Shown: piece after piece, positions 9,517-18,979 of the stretch
Position numbering within the stretch: the first letter of the stretch is position 1
Layout: every line of letters starts with the position of its first letter
NCBI GenBank assembly: GCA_040830765.1
Contig: JBFOMH010000001.1
Location: forward strand, 1-64,000
Direction: 5' to 3'
Length of the DNA stretch: 64,000 bases
DNA from: Puniceicoccaceae bacterium
GTDB lineage: Bacteria; Verrucomicrobiota; Verrucomicrobiia; Opitutales; Oceanipulchritudinaceae
Notes under the pieces: model-generated
What the model saw: only the letters and a program-made list of their open reading frames with translations
Told to the model about the DNA's origin: nothing
The model's database searches: none
Program-made: the position numbers and the translations under genes

Positions 9517-9987
9517 ATGAAAATAAACAACGCATACAAACTCATCGAAGATCTTCACTCCGAAAGCGAGAGCAGAAGAAAGCAGAAAACATATAAACAG
9601 CTTCTCGGAGCGCTACGGAATCTAAAGAAGAGAGATCTTTCCGGCGAGCAACTGCAGGCCATTGAAAGCGCCATCGATAGGCTGAATATTGAGAATCTTG
9701 GCAATGCAACGGCCAGGGAGTTGAGTAAGGCACGCCGCCAATTCCTGAAAGCCGCAAGGGAGATTCTATCCTTGCTCCCGGAGGACCATTACATGGGCAT
9801 TGGCCTTTGCTTCGGGGTTGCATTTGGAGGTGTTATCGGCTCATTGCTGCAAGGATTCACCGGAATTCCAGATGGTACTTCCGGGACAGGAATTGGCATT
9901 GGTCTAGGTCTCATGCTGGCTTATTTTGTTTCCCGCCATCTGGATCTTGAAGCGATTCGGGAAAACCGGGTTTTACAAACCCGATAA
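9517..9987 (+). CDS. Hypothetical membrane protein with two Gly-rich C-terminal TM helices
   Basis: Clean ORF with hydrophobic GIGLCFGVAFGG and GIGIGLGLML segments. Confidence 0.7.
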   Translation: MKINNAYKLIEDLHSESESRRKQKTYKQLLGALRNLKKRDLSGEQLQAIESAIDRLNIENLGNATARELSKARRQFLKAAREILSLLPEDHYMGIGLCFGVAFGGVIGSLLQGFTGIPDGTSGTGIGIGLGLMLAYFVSRHLDLEAIRENRVLQTR

Positions 9988-10012
9988 CCTGAATAGCCTG
10001 ATACCCTGCAAT

Positions 10013-10504
10013 GTGAGCACCGATTTTTACACGACTCAAATCCTTCCCTACGCGGGTATCATCATCAAGCTGTGCCGGGCGTATACGAATTCACAGGAAG
10101 ACTTTGAGGATTATTACCAGGAGGTCTGTCTGCAGATCTGGAGAAGCCGGAACAACTTCAAGGAGGCTTCCTCGTGGTCCACTTGGGTTTACCGGATATC
10201 CTTGAATGTCTGTCTCACCCTGTTGAAGAAACACAAGCGGGCAAAGGAGCATTTTGCATCGGACTGCTTGCCGGAACTGCCGGCAGAGGAAACCCGATCG
10301 TTTGATGATGAGGCGCTCAATCTGCTTTATCAGGCGATACGGCAGCTTTCGGAAATCGATCGTGGGGTTATCCTGCTTTATCTCGAAGAAAAAACGTATC
10401 AGGAAATTGCGGACATTACCGGCACCAATGCCAACAACATTGGTGTCCGGGTGAACCGCATCAAGGAACGACTAAGGAAATTATTGGATGGAAAAATCAA
10501 TTGA
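10013..10504 (+). CDS. ECF RNA polymerase sigma factor
   Basis: Region 2 EDYYQEVCLQIW...STWVYRISLN and region 4 YQEIADITG...IGVRVNRIK; GTG start at 10013 inferred. Confidence 0.92.
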   Translation: MSTDFYTTQILPYAGIIIKLCRAYTNSQEDFEDYYQEVCLQIWRSRNNFKEASSWSTWVYRISLNVCLTLLKKHKRAKEHFASDCLPELPAEETRSFDDEALNLLYQAIRQLSEIDRGVILLYLEEKTYQEIADITGTNANNIGVRVNRIKERLRKLLDGKIN

Positions 10505-11150
10505 ACAGATTTGGAAAACGGGCTTTCTCGACAACAAAGCCCTTGTCGCACCAAAAGTGAACGACTTGTACACAAGGAAATCGCAGCATGTCACTGAGAA
10601 GTTCAAGCGCATGTTCCGATTCAATCTTAAGGCGATCGTAGTTGGCGGGGTCATGGGATTAGTCGGCATGTTCATGCTGGAACTCCCTATTACCGCAGTC
10701 GCTCTTTTTATCACTTTGGCGGTTGTGTACATTGTCAACCGGCGCGAATTGAACGATTTGGAGAAAGTGGACAAGTGCCTCTGCAGTTATGACTACCTGC
10801 TGTTATTTGACGGTTGGTTGAAGGCCCAGGTCTCCTTGAATGCCCGGATGGCGAAATTCTACTATCCGTTTATCTTCCTTGGCTCAGCCATGGGGCTATG
10901 GTTATCCAATCACGGCCCCATGCTGTACGAATGGGTTTTCGGTTCATCAACTGCTGAGTGGCAAATCAATGGCATTCCCGCTGTATTGCTGATTCCCGTG
11001 GGTATTATCACCCTTCTCTTGTGGCATTTCGGTGACCGGCTTTACCGCATGGAATTGAATGCCTTCTATGGACGCGTGATGGGCAAATTGGAGGAACTGC
11101 TTGCCGATATTGAAACCCTTCGAATGGATAATCACGAGGAAGTTTCCTGA
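10488..11150 (+). CDS. Multi-pass membrane protein, putative anti-sigma factor
   Basis: Overlaps the sigma stop codon; about 4 TM segments. Confidence 0.65.
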   Translation: MEKSIEQIWKTGFLDNKALVAPKVNDLYTRKSQHVTEKFKRMFRFNLKAIVVGGVMGLVGMFMLELPITAVALFITLAVVYIVNRRELNDLEKVDKCLCSYDYLLLFDGWLKAQVSLNARMAKFYYPFIFLGSAMGLWLSNHGPMLYEWVFGSSTAEWQINGIPAVLLIPVGIITLLLWHFGDRLYRMELNAFYGRVMGKLEELLADIETLRMDNHEEVS

Positions 11151-11220
11151 ATCCCGGAGCTGTATTTGAGCTGAGCCCGATTTTGGGATGCAATCAAGGC
11201 CATCAGTGGCTGTTGGAGGA

Positions 11221-12600
11221 TTACGAACAGTCCCCCAAATCACGCAACAAGTGCACCATTGTTTTCAGGCCTTTGTGAAAAAGCTCCATATGGATGAATT
11301 CATTGGGACCATGAAATCCGCCATTATCCACATTGAAGCCTAGCAATAGCGTGGGAACTCCCAGTTCATTCTGAAAGACAGGAGCCACCGGAACCGACCC
11401 TCCCATGCGCCTGTATTCAGGTTTAAACCCCCACGTCATTTCCATTGACCGATCCAGAGCTTGGACAAGTGGACTATCGATGGGAACGGTAACTGGGTCA
11501 CCCTCCCCCTGATGCTTTACCTTCAGGGTAACCGTAGACGGCTTTATTTCATTCAGATAAGATTCGATTAACTGGGCGATAGTGGATGGGACCTGATCAT
11601 TGACAAGGCGGCAGGTAATCTTAGCGGATGCCGTTGCCGGAATAACGGTTTTCATTCCTTCACCGGTAAAGCCGCCGTAGATGCCATTAATTTCCAGGGT
11701 AGGACGCGCCACGCTCCTTTCCAAAAGCGTGTAACCCGGTTCGCCCCAGGTATCCGGAATGCCAGTCCCGGAATGCAGTTCCTCCGCGGTTACAGGATTC
11801 ATGTTAAGCTGATGACGCTCTTCCGCGCTCATCTCTTTCACCTCATCGTAGAATCCGGGAACGGCTACCCGACCATCCGGATGATGCAACTTGGCTACCA
11901 TCTCAGCGATAACCTGAGCCGGATTGTGAACACAACCGCCAAAGAGACCGCTGTGCAGATCGGTTGACGGGCCATGCACGGTGAACTCCATGCCAAGCGC
12001 GCCACGCAAGCCATAGACAATAGTGGGCCTGTCAGGAGACTTGATCCCGCCGTCACAGATCAACACATAATCGGCACTTAACCGGTCTCGATTCTCCCGA
12101 ATCCATGGCGCCAGATTGGGGGATGTTTTCTCCTCTTCTCCTTCAATGATCAGCTTAAGGTTAACCGGTGACATTTCCCCGCTTTTGATGAACGACTCGG
12201 CAAGCTGAATAATCATCACGCTATGCAACTTATCATCGCCCACTCCTCGAGCGTAGATCTTACCATCCTTGCGGGTGGGCTTGAATGGTTCCGTTTTCCA
12301 TCCATCCGTAAGTTCCGCTGGTTGGACATCGTAATGCGCATACAGCAATACGGTCGGGGCCCCTGCCCCGGCCCCCTTCCATTCCCCATATACAACTGGA
12401 TGCCCGGCCGTCGGGGCCACTTCAACGCTTTGCAGACCCGCTACCTCCATGCGATCCTTGAGCCATTCCGCGGCCCGTTTGATGTCCTGATCATATGCCG
12501 GGTCGGTACTGATGCTTGGAATACACGTCAACGCTTCCAGCTCCCTGAGAAACCGTTCACTGTTGGCAATGCCATAGTCGAGTGCAGGTGATTGTGTCAT
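11221..12600 (-). CDS. M20 family metallo-dipeptidase
   Basis: HYDVQP, ARGVGDDK, EGEEE, DLHSG and HGPNE motifs. Confidence 0.93.
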   Translation of the reverse strand: MTQSPALDYGIANSERFLRELEALTCIPSISTDPAYDQDIKRAAEWLKDRMEVAGLQSVEVAPTAGHPVVYGEWKGAGAGAPTVLLYAHYDVQPAELTDGWKTEPFKPTRKDGKIYARGVGDDKLHSVMIIQLAESFIKSGEMSPVNLKLIIEGEEEKTSPNLAPWIRENRDRLSADYVLICDGGIKSPDRPTIVYGLRGALGMEFTVHGPSTDLHSGLFGGCVHNPAQVIAEMVAKLHHPDGRVAVPGFYDEVKEMSAEERHQLNMNPVTAEELHSGTGIPDTWGEPGYTLLERSVARPTLEINGIYGGFTGEGMKTVIPATASAKITCRLVNDQVPSTIAQLIESYLNEIKPSTVTLKVKHQGEGDPVTVPIDSPLVQALDRSMEMTWGFKPEYRRMGGSVPVAPVFQNELGVPTLLLGFNVDNGGFHGPNEFIHMELFHKGLKTMVHLLRDLGDCS

Positions 12601-12777
12601 GAGTCATGAAACTGAGCAGATGCACAACTGAGTCAAGCATGGCAGGCCGATGGACTAGCCGTAGTAAGCGATAACGTAAGCGGTAGGTGCTGATGATTCT
12701 TAAACCAGAACAGGGATAGGATTATTTTCACTTTTCTGTGGATGCCGGTGACGCTTTGACTCAGGCTATTCAATCAG

Positions 12778-13911
12778 ATGACGAATCCACGAACGACAAA
12801 ATCATGGCTGATCGCAGATCCTGGTGCTGAAGCAGGAGCCATCGAGACACTGCCGCACACGCCGGGCCTACAACTCCTCACCGTGGACGAACTCCGCCAA
12901 TCCGACATGACCTTTGGTCATACGGACAAGGTCTGTATCACCTCCGAGGCAGTGATTGAAGATGTCCTCAATCGTTTCAGTGACGATACGCTGAGGGCCG
13001 GAATCAATAAGATGAAGGACAAAGTCGCCTTTCGTGAAGCATTGGCCGCACTCTTCCCGTCATTCTGGTTCAATCAGGTCGGTATTTCCGAGCTCCCCCG
13101 TCAAAAGCTTGATCCGGAAAAATCCTACGTGATCAAGCCCGTGAAAGGGTGTTTTGGCAGCGGGGTCAGGGTAATTCAGGGAGATGCTGATCTGGGGAAA
13201 TTGGGAGAGGAAATTTCGATAGAGCTGAAGAAAAACAGCAGTGTCTTTTCCGACAGCGTCTTATCCTCAGCGGATATGATTATCGAAGAGTGTGTTGAAG
13301 GGGAAGAGTACGCGGTAGATATGTTTTACAACCAGGAAGGAAAGCCGGTCATCACAAACATCTATTATCACCCAATGCCCCGGAATCCGGCCTACCTGCA
13401 CATGATCTACTGTACCAGCTCCGATATTTTCTCAACAATCTATCCCAAGGCTGTCCGTTTTTTCGAGCGGTTTCAACAAATCGTTCCTGTCACCAATATC
13501 CCCATCCATGCGGAATTCCGACTGCAAAACGACCAATTGGTTCCCGTTGAAATGAATTCCCTCAGATTCGGCGGCATGGGTTTAACCAATTTGAGCTACT
13601 ATGGATTTGGCAGTAACGCCTACCAATTTTTTATCGATGACACCGAGCCGGATTGGTCTGAAATTTGGCGGAAGCGCCCAGAAACAACCTATGCCTTTTT
13701 CATAGCCTATAATGGCGTAAACACCAATCCAACCACGCACCAGCCAGATTGGGATTCATTCCGCAGAATCTTCACAAATATTATCCACGAAGTCTCTTTC
13801 GACTACCAAAAGCAGCTTGCGTTCGGCGTCTTGTATATCGAAGGGACGAATGACCATATTCTCAGCCTTCTGGGGACAGAGTTTGACGAGCACTTTGTCC
13901 CGGTAAGCTGA
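12778..13911 (+). CDS. ATP-grasp domain protein
   Basis: VIKPVKGCFGSGV, IIEECVEGEEYAVD, HAEFR...VEMNSLRFGG. Confidence 0.85.
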   Translation: MTNPRTTKSWLIADPGAEAGAIETLPHTPGLQLLTVDELRQSDMTFGHTDKVCITSEAVIEDVLNRFSDDTLRAGINKMKDKVAFREALAALFPSFWFNQVGISELPRQKLDPEKSYVIKPVKGCFGSGVRVIQGDADLGKLGEEISIELKKNSSVFSDSVLSSADMIIEECVEGEEYAVDMFYNQEGKPVITNIYYHPMPRNPAYLHMIYCTSSDIFSTIYPKAVRFFERFQQIVPVTNIPIHAEFRLQNDQLVPVEMNSLRFGGMGLTNLSYYGFGSNAYQFFIDDTEPDWSEIWRKRPETTYAFFIAYNGVNTNPTTHQPDWDSFRRIFTNIIHEVSFDYQKQLAFGVLYIEGTNDHILSLLGTEFDEHFVPVS

Positions 13912-14107
13912 CTTCATTTCGATTGAGGACAACAAAGTATCGTCTGGAAATACCCGATGATACCCAAGCATGACTAGCCAACCAATGCCCCCTGAAAGGG
14001 GCCACCTTAAGACTGCGACTTGCGCAATTTCGGCTGAGTCGCTTTTTTTATTAGATCAAGAGGTTATTCCATTGCTAGCGAACCGGATATGGGTAATTTC
14101 CAAATGC

Positions 14108-15715
14108 ATGTGGGTGGTAACAATTCTGAGGGTTTCGGTAATAACCATATTCTTTCTCGGCCTTGCCGGATGTGGTGGGGATTCCCCGTCTGAGGAGGTT
14201 GGAGTGCTACGGATCGGCAATGGCGGTGAACCCCGCGACCTCGATCCACATACAATCACGGGAACTCTCGAGATGAGAATCATTTTCGGCCTCATGGAGG
14301 GATTGCTGACACATCACCCGACAGACGACGATATCCCGACCGGTGGGGTGGCTGAACGCTGGGAAAACAGCGAGGATGGATTGGTATGGAGATTTTACCT
14401 CCGGGAAAATGCGCGCTGGAGCAATGGCGACCCAGTGACTGCGGATGACTTTGTCTATTCCTGGCGTCGCGTCCTGAACCCGAAACTGGGGAACGAGTAC
14501 GCTCACTGGTTCTACATGATTGAAGGTGCAGAAGCCTACAATCGTGGCGAGGTACAGGATGCCGAAACAATCGGGGTTTTTGCGGAATCACCCACGGTCT
14601 TTAAAGTCGTCCTGCGTGAACCGGTGGCCAATTTCGAGAAGATGCTCCTCAACAATTCCTTCCTCCCCGTTCATCAGGCAACAATCGAGGCGCACGGTGG
14701 TCCCGGTGTCCGTCAGAGCGGTTGGACAAGGCCTGAAAACTATGTCGGAAACGGTGCTTTCCGATTGGTTGAGTGGAAGGCCGAATCCGTTATCCGTGTT
14801 GAGCGGAATCCACACTATTGGGATGCGGCATCGGTGCGGATGGATGCCATCGAGTTCTTTCCCATCAGCGATGAGAATACGGCCTTGCGGGCATTTGAAA
14901 GCGGGCAACTGCACTTGATCCAGTCGGTGCCAGTTAATTTGCGGTCTCATTATGCCAAGATCTCACCCGAGAAGATACGCTTTGATCCTCTTGCCGGGGC
15001 CTACTTTTATCGTGCCAATACAACTCGTCCCCCAATGGACGATGTAAAGGTCCGCAAGGCGTTGTCCCTTACCATCAACAGAAAGCAGATCATCGATCAC
15101 CTGTTGAAAGGGAATGAACGCATTGCCAGTGGATATACTCCGGCCGGCATGGATGGATACATTCCGCCACAACGTGAAACTTATAATCCTGAGCTTGGCC
15201 GGCAGTTGCTTGCCGAGGCCGGTTATCCAGGGGGTGTCGGCTTTCCCGAGGTGGAGTTACTTTATAATACCAGCGATAATCACAGGAAGATTGCTGAAGC
15301 CATCCAGACCATGTGGCGAAGCGAACTGGGTATCGAGATCACCCTGACCAACCAGGAGTGGAAGGTCTATCTCGACACGGCCAAGAATATGCAATACGAC
15401 ATTGCGCGTGCCGGCGTGGTGGGTAACGCTTTTCCCTATAATTTCCTGAGGGCATTTTTTTCCTACAGCCCGAATAACTACACAGGCTTCAATGATCCTG
15501 AATATGATCGCCTGCTTAAGGAAGCCAGGCGCACCCTCGACAAGGAGGAGCGCCATGCCCTCCTCTTGGAAGCTGAGCAACGGTTAATGGACGCCCAGCC
15601 GGTGATACCTATCTACTGGTACACGAATGTTTACCTGATCGACCCAAGGGTCAGGAACTGGCATCCCAAACTGAATAACCAAAGGCCGTTGAAATATGTT
15701 TATCTGGCGGACTAA
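14108..15715 (+). CDS. oppA: Oligopeptide ABC transporter substrate-binding lipoprotein (family 5); no permease genes adjacent
   Basis: LAGC lipobox; EPRDLDPH, WSNGDPVTADDFVYSW, VGNGAF. Start codon uncertain. Confidence 0.9.
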   Translation: MWVVTILRVSVITIFFLGLAGCGGDSPSEEVGVLRIGNGGEPRDLDPHTITGTLEMRIIFGLMEGLLTHHPTDDDIPTGGVAERWENSEDGLVWRFYLRENARWSNGDPVTADDFVYSWRRVLNPKLGNEYAHWFYMIEGAEAYNRGEVQDAETIGVFAESPTVFKVVLREPVANFEKMLLNNSFLPVHQATIEAHGGPGVRQSGWTRPENYVGNGAFRLVEWKAESVIRVERNPHYWDAASVRMDAIEFFPISDENTALRAFESGQLHLIQSVPVNLRSHYAKISPEKIRFDPLAGAYFYRANTTRPPMDDVKVRKALSLTINRKQIIDHLLKGNERIASGYTPAGMDGYIPPQRETYNPELGRQLLAEAGYPGGVGFPEVELLYNTSDNHRKIAEAIQTMWRSELGIEITLTNQEWKVYLDTAKNMQYDIARAGVVGNAFPYNFLRAFFSYSPNNYTGFNDPEYDRLLKEARRTLDKEERHALLLEAEQRLMDAQPVIPIYWYTNVYLIDPRVRNWHPKLNNQRPLKYVYLAD

Positions 15716-15847
15716 GCGGATTCGGTGAGTATTGCCGGTCCGCCAACAGCTGAAATGGGTAGCAGTCCGATTCCGGCAGTCACATAATCTTAGCCATACT
15801 CCCAAAGGGGTATTCCCGGATTTCGCGAATCACGATAAGCTGGTCTC

Positions 15848-17866
15848 ATGAAAGACATAAGCAGTGACCCTATCAATGAACCGCGCCGGATTCTTGGAAA
15901 ATTAATCGGTCTTGGCGAAAAGCACTCCCGGAAGATTGGAAAGCTTCAAGCGCTGCTCTTCCTTGTGACGCTTGCTGCAGTGCCCCTGCAGGGACAGTTT
16001 ACATCCGGGGATTTCACCTACACCGTCGATGCGGATGAAGTAACGATTACAAAAATCGCCTGCGGGGCGACCCAGGTAACCGTTCCCGGCACAATTGAAG
16101 GGTTGCCGGTTACGGCTATCGCCGGAAACGCCCTGAGGTCCTGCACCAGTGTCGAATCAATCGTTTTTCCGGATTCGCTGAAGTTCATTGGGAGTGGAGC
16201 GTTCAGTAATTGCCGTAGCCTGGCCAGTGTCTTGATGAAGGACGGTGTGGAAACGATTGAGCCGGGGGCCTTTGGGAATTGTCCGGCATTGGCTAGTTTC
16301 AATCTCGATCCGGCCAACCCGAATTTCAGCTTAGTTGATGAGAGCCTGTTCTCCAAGGACATGACCCGCCTCCTCTGGTTCAATCCATCCAAGACCGGCC
16401 ATTACACGGTCCCTGCGTCGGTGAGCACGATTGATTCACAGGCATTCTCTGGTTCACAGATCGAATCGGTGACGATTCCCGAGGGAGTCACCGCGCTGAA
16501 TTCAATCACATTCCACCAGTGTGGGTCGCTTGTTTCCGTCGAATTGCCACAGTCCCTTCTCAGTATCGGGATAACCGCATTTGGTAATTGCCGGAAGCTC
16601 AAAACGATCAATTTCCCCAACAATCTCAAATCGATTGGGCGTTGGGCGTTCAGCGGCTGTCGGGAGATCGAAAGCATTGTCATTCCTGACAGTGTCACCT
16701 CTGTCGGAGAATTTGCGTTCGCGAGCTGCAGTTCCCTCGCTACCGTCCAGATGTCGGAAAACCTGGAGGAACTGGGAAGGGGTGCCTTCCGGTCCTGTGG
16801 AAACCTGACCTCCCTGAATCTGCCTGCTTCGCTGCGACTCATTGGAGATTATCCGTTCGAGGCGTGCAGGCGTCTGGTCGAGTTGGACCTGGCTGCGGGT
16901 AATCCCTATTTTAATCTCGCGGACGGAGCCATCTTCTCCGAGGACATGACCGAGCTCATCATGTGCCTGCCCTCCACTACCGGGGATTACGTGATTCCCG
17001 AGTCCGTCACCACCTTGAGGGTCGGGGCATTCCGGACAGGCATGTTAACTTCCGTCGTTATTCATGACGGCATCACGGAGCTCCCATGGGCCACATTCGA
17101 CGGCTGCTCCGAACTGGTTTCGGTCACCCTGCCCGATACTTTGACCACGATGGGCAACGCCGTCTTCTACGACTGTGCATCCCTTGAATCCATCCACATT
17201 CCTTCTTCGGTCTCCTCAATGGGTAACCAGATGTTCCGCTACAACGACAGCCTCACGGAAGTCACCCTTCCTGACTCCATCGAGCATCTCGGATATGAGG
17301 CCTTTGCCAATTGTGCCAGCCTGGTCGAGATCACCATCCCGGCCAGCATCAAGACGATGGGCTACCGGGTGTTCAAGGACAGCAACAGTCTCCAGCGCGT
17401 CATCTTCGAGGGCAGCCCACCGGTTGTCGAGGATAGTGAAAACTTCTGGCCGGAAACCTACCCGACGGTCTATTACTTTCCTGAGGCTGGCAACTGGAAG
17501 GAGACCCTTTACGGAGCGCCTACGACCGCCTTTCTCAACAACAGCTTCTGGCCCACCCTGCCGCGTTTTGCGGATAACTGGATGATTTCGGACTGGTACG
17601 GATGGATGCAGGACTACGACAGCTGGGTGTGGCACCTTGAGCATGGCTGGCAGACTTTTGTCGGTGAGAGCAATGACTCCTTCTTCGTCTACGACCGGGG
17701 GCTGGAGAACTGGTTCTACGCCAATTCAGTCCTCTACCCGTTCATCTACATCTACGGGGCCGACGAGGGCTGGTACCAATACACTCTGGGCGGCACGCCC
17801 GGCCAACGTTGGTTCATCAAGTGGGCTACCCTGGAGTGGAAGTCGGAATCCTCATTCAGGCAATAG
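15848..17866 (+). CDS. BspA-type leucine-rich repeat (LRR_5) surface protein with Trp-rich C-terminal domain
   Basis: Repeated IPDSVTSVGEFAFASCSSL units; signal peptide; aromatic-rich tail. Start codon uncertain. Confidence 0.92.
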   Translation: MKDISSDPINEPRRILGKLIGLGEKHSRKIGKLQALLFLVTLAAVPLQGQFTSGDFTYTVDADEVTITKIACGATQVTVPGTIEGLPVTAIAGNALRSCTSVESIVFPDSLKFIGSGAFSNCRSLASVLMKDGVETIEPGAFGNCPALASFNLDPANPNFSLVDESLFSKDMTRLLWFNPSKTGHYTVPASVSTIDSQAFSGSQIESVTIPEGVTALNSITFHQCGSLVSVELPQSLLSIGITAFGNCRKLKTINFPNNLKSIGRWAFSGCREIESIVIPDSVTSVGEFAFASCSSLATVQMSENLEELGRGAFRSCGNLTSLNLPASLRLIGDYPFEACRRLVELDLAAGNPYFNLADGAIFSEDMTELIMCLPSTTGDYVIPESVTTLRVGAFRTGMLTSVVIHDGITELPWATFDGCSELVSVTLPDTLTTMGNAVFYDCASLESIHIPSSVSSMGNQMFRYNDSLTEVTLPDSIEHLGYEAFANCASLVEITIPASIKTMGYRVFKDSNSLQRVIFEGSPPVVEDSENFWPETYPTVYYFPEAGNWKETLYGAPTTAFLNNSFWPTLPRFADNWMISDWYGWMQDYDSWVWHLEHGWQTFVGESNDSFFVYDRGLENWFYANSVLYPFIYIYGADEGWYQYTLGGTPGQRWFIKWATLEWKSESSFRQ

Positions 17867-17995
17867 GCAATCGCCAGCCATGGCGGGCTGGCTTTCGCTG
17901 CTAATTCCAGCGGATACGGTTCAGAGGCAGGACAAGTGGTAAGGAAATGGATACCACCGGGTCGATTGAAACGATGCACCAGGATTTGCTGGACT

Positions 17996-18859
17996 TCATT
18001 GAGCCGAAGGACCTGTAAGCCGGATCCCGTCATCCTCGATGGTTATCTGGCGTTGCTTGTAAAGCCCGCCCACGGCCCGTTTGTAGGCCTTCTTACTGAC
18101 CCCAAACAGCTGGTAGATTTCCTCCGGCGGGCTCTTGTCGGTGATCGGCAGAAAGCCGTCCTTCTCCTTGAGGAGGGCAAGGATCTTTTCAGCGGTTGCC
18201 TCCCTGCCGTAGGTGCCCGACTTCTGTAACTCCACGTCCACCTTTCCGTCCGGTCGGATCTGCTTGATGTATCCAGTCACCTGCTGTCCTTCTTCGACCG
18301 GCTGGAATACTTCATTCTTGTAGATAACCCCGGGGAACTGCTTTTCGATTATAACATTGTAACCCAGTTCGAAGGGATTGCAGATGATGAGATTGACCTT
18401 CTTCCCTGGCTTGTAGCGGATGCTCTTCGGGTTGACATGCTTGTGGATCTTGCTGGAAGCCACTAACCGGTCGCTCGCCTTGTCGCGGTAGATGTAGACG
18501 ATGTAACGCTGGTTCTTGCTCATCCCCTCCCGCTGTTCCCGGAACGGCACGAGCAAGTCCTTGGGCAGCCCCCAGTCGAGAAAGGCGCCCATCTGGTTCA
18601 CTGCAACGACTTCCAGATAGGCCAACTCGCCCACCATGGCATAGGGCGTCTCGGTTGTCGCCACCGGGCGGTCCTCCGAATCGAGATAAACAAAGACATC
18701 GAGGAAGTCATCCACCTCGCACCCCTCCGGCAAGTAGCGCAGGGGCAGCAGGATTTCGTCTAGATTCTTGCCATCGAGATAGACACCAAAGCGAACCTTG
18801 GAAACGACGCGAAGCCGGTTCATGGCTCCCAGTTTAACGGTGAGGCTGGGTATCTTCAT
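17996..18859 (-). CDS. cvfB: CvfB/YitL family S1 RNA-binding protein
   Basis: VFVYLDSEDR, GAFLDWGLPKDLLVP, DKSPPEEI...FGVSKKAYKRAVGGLYK. Confidence 0.9.
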   Translation of the reverse strand: MKIPSLTVKLGAMNRLRVVSKVRFGVYLDGKNLDEILLPLRYLPEGCEVDDFLDVFVYLDSEDRPVATTETPYAMVGELAYLEVVAVNQMGAFLDWGLPKDLLVPFREQREGMSKNQRYIVYIYRDKASDRLVASSKIHKHVNPKSIRYKPGKKVNLIICNPFELGYNVIIEKQFPGVIYKNEVFQPVEEGQQVTGYIKQIRPDGKVDVELQKSGTYGREATAEKILALLKEKDGFLPITDKSPPEEIYQLFGVSKKAYKRAVGGLYKQRQITIEDDGIRLTGPSAQ

Positions 18860-18979
18860 TTTCGGGATCCGGATGGATGAAAGATAAGATGCCTGAAACC
18901 CTGCCACCTTACAAGGTGCGAATTGACGGTATCCTCTTCGCAACTTGTGCTGCCGGGGCAAGGTTCAGTCTTTCGACAA

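Noticed and set aside
8606..17900. Integrative element or prophage at tRNA-Arg
   Set aside because: No integrase, phage genes or attR duplication seen; kept only as a weak islet hypothesis.
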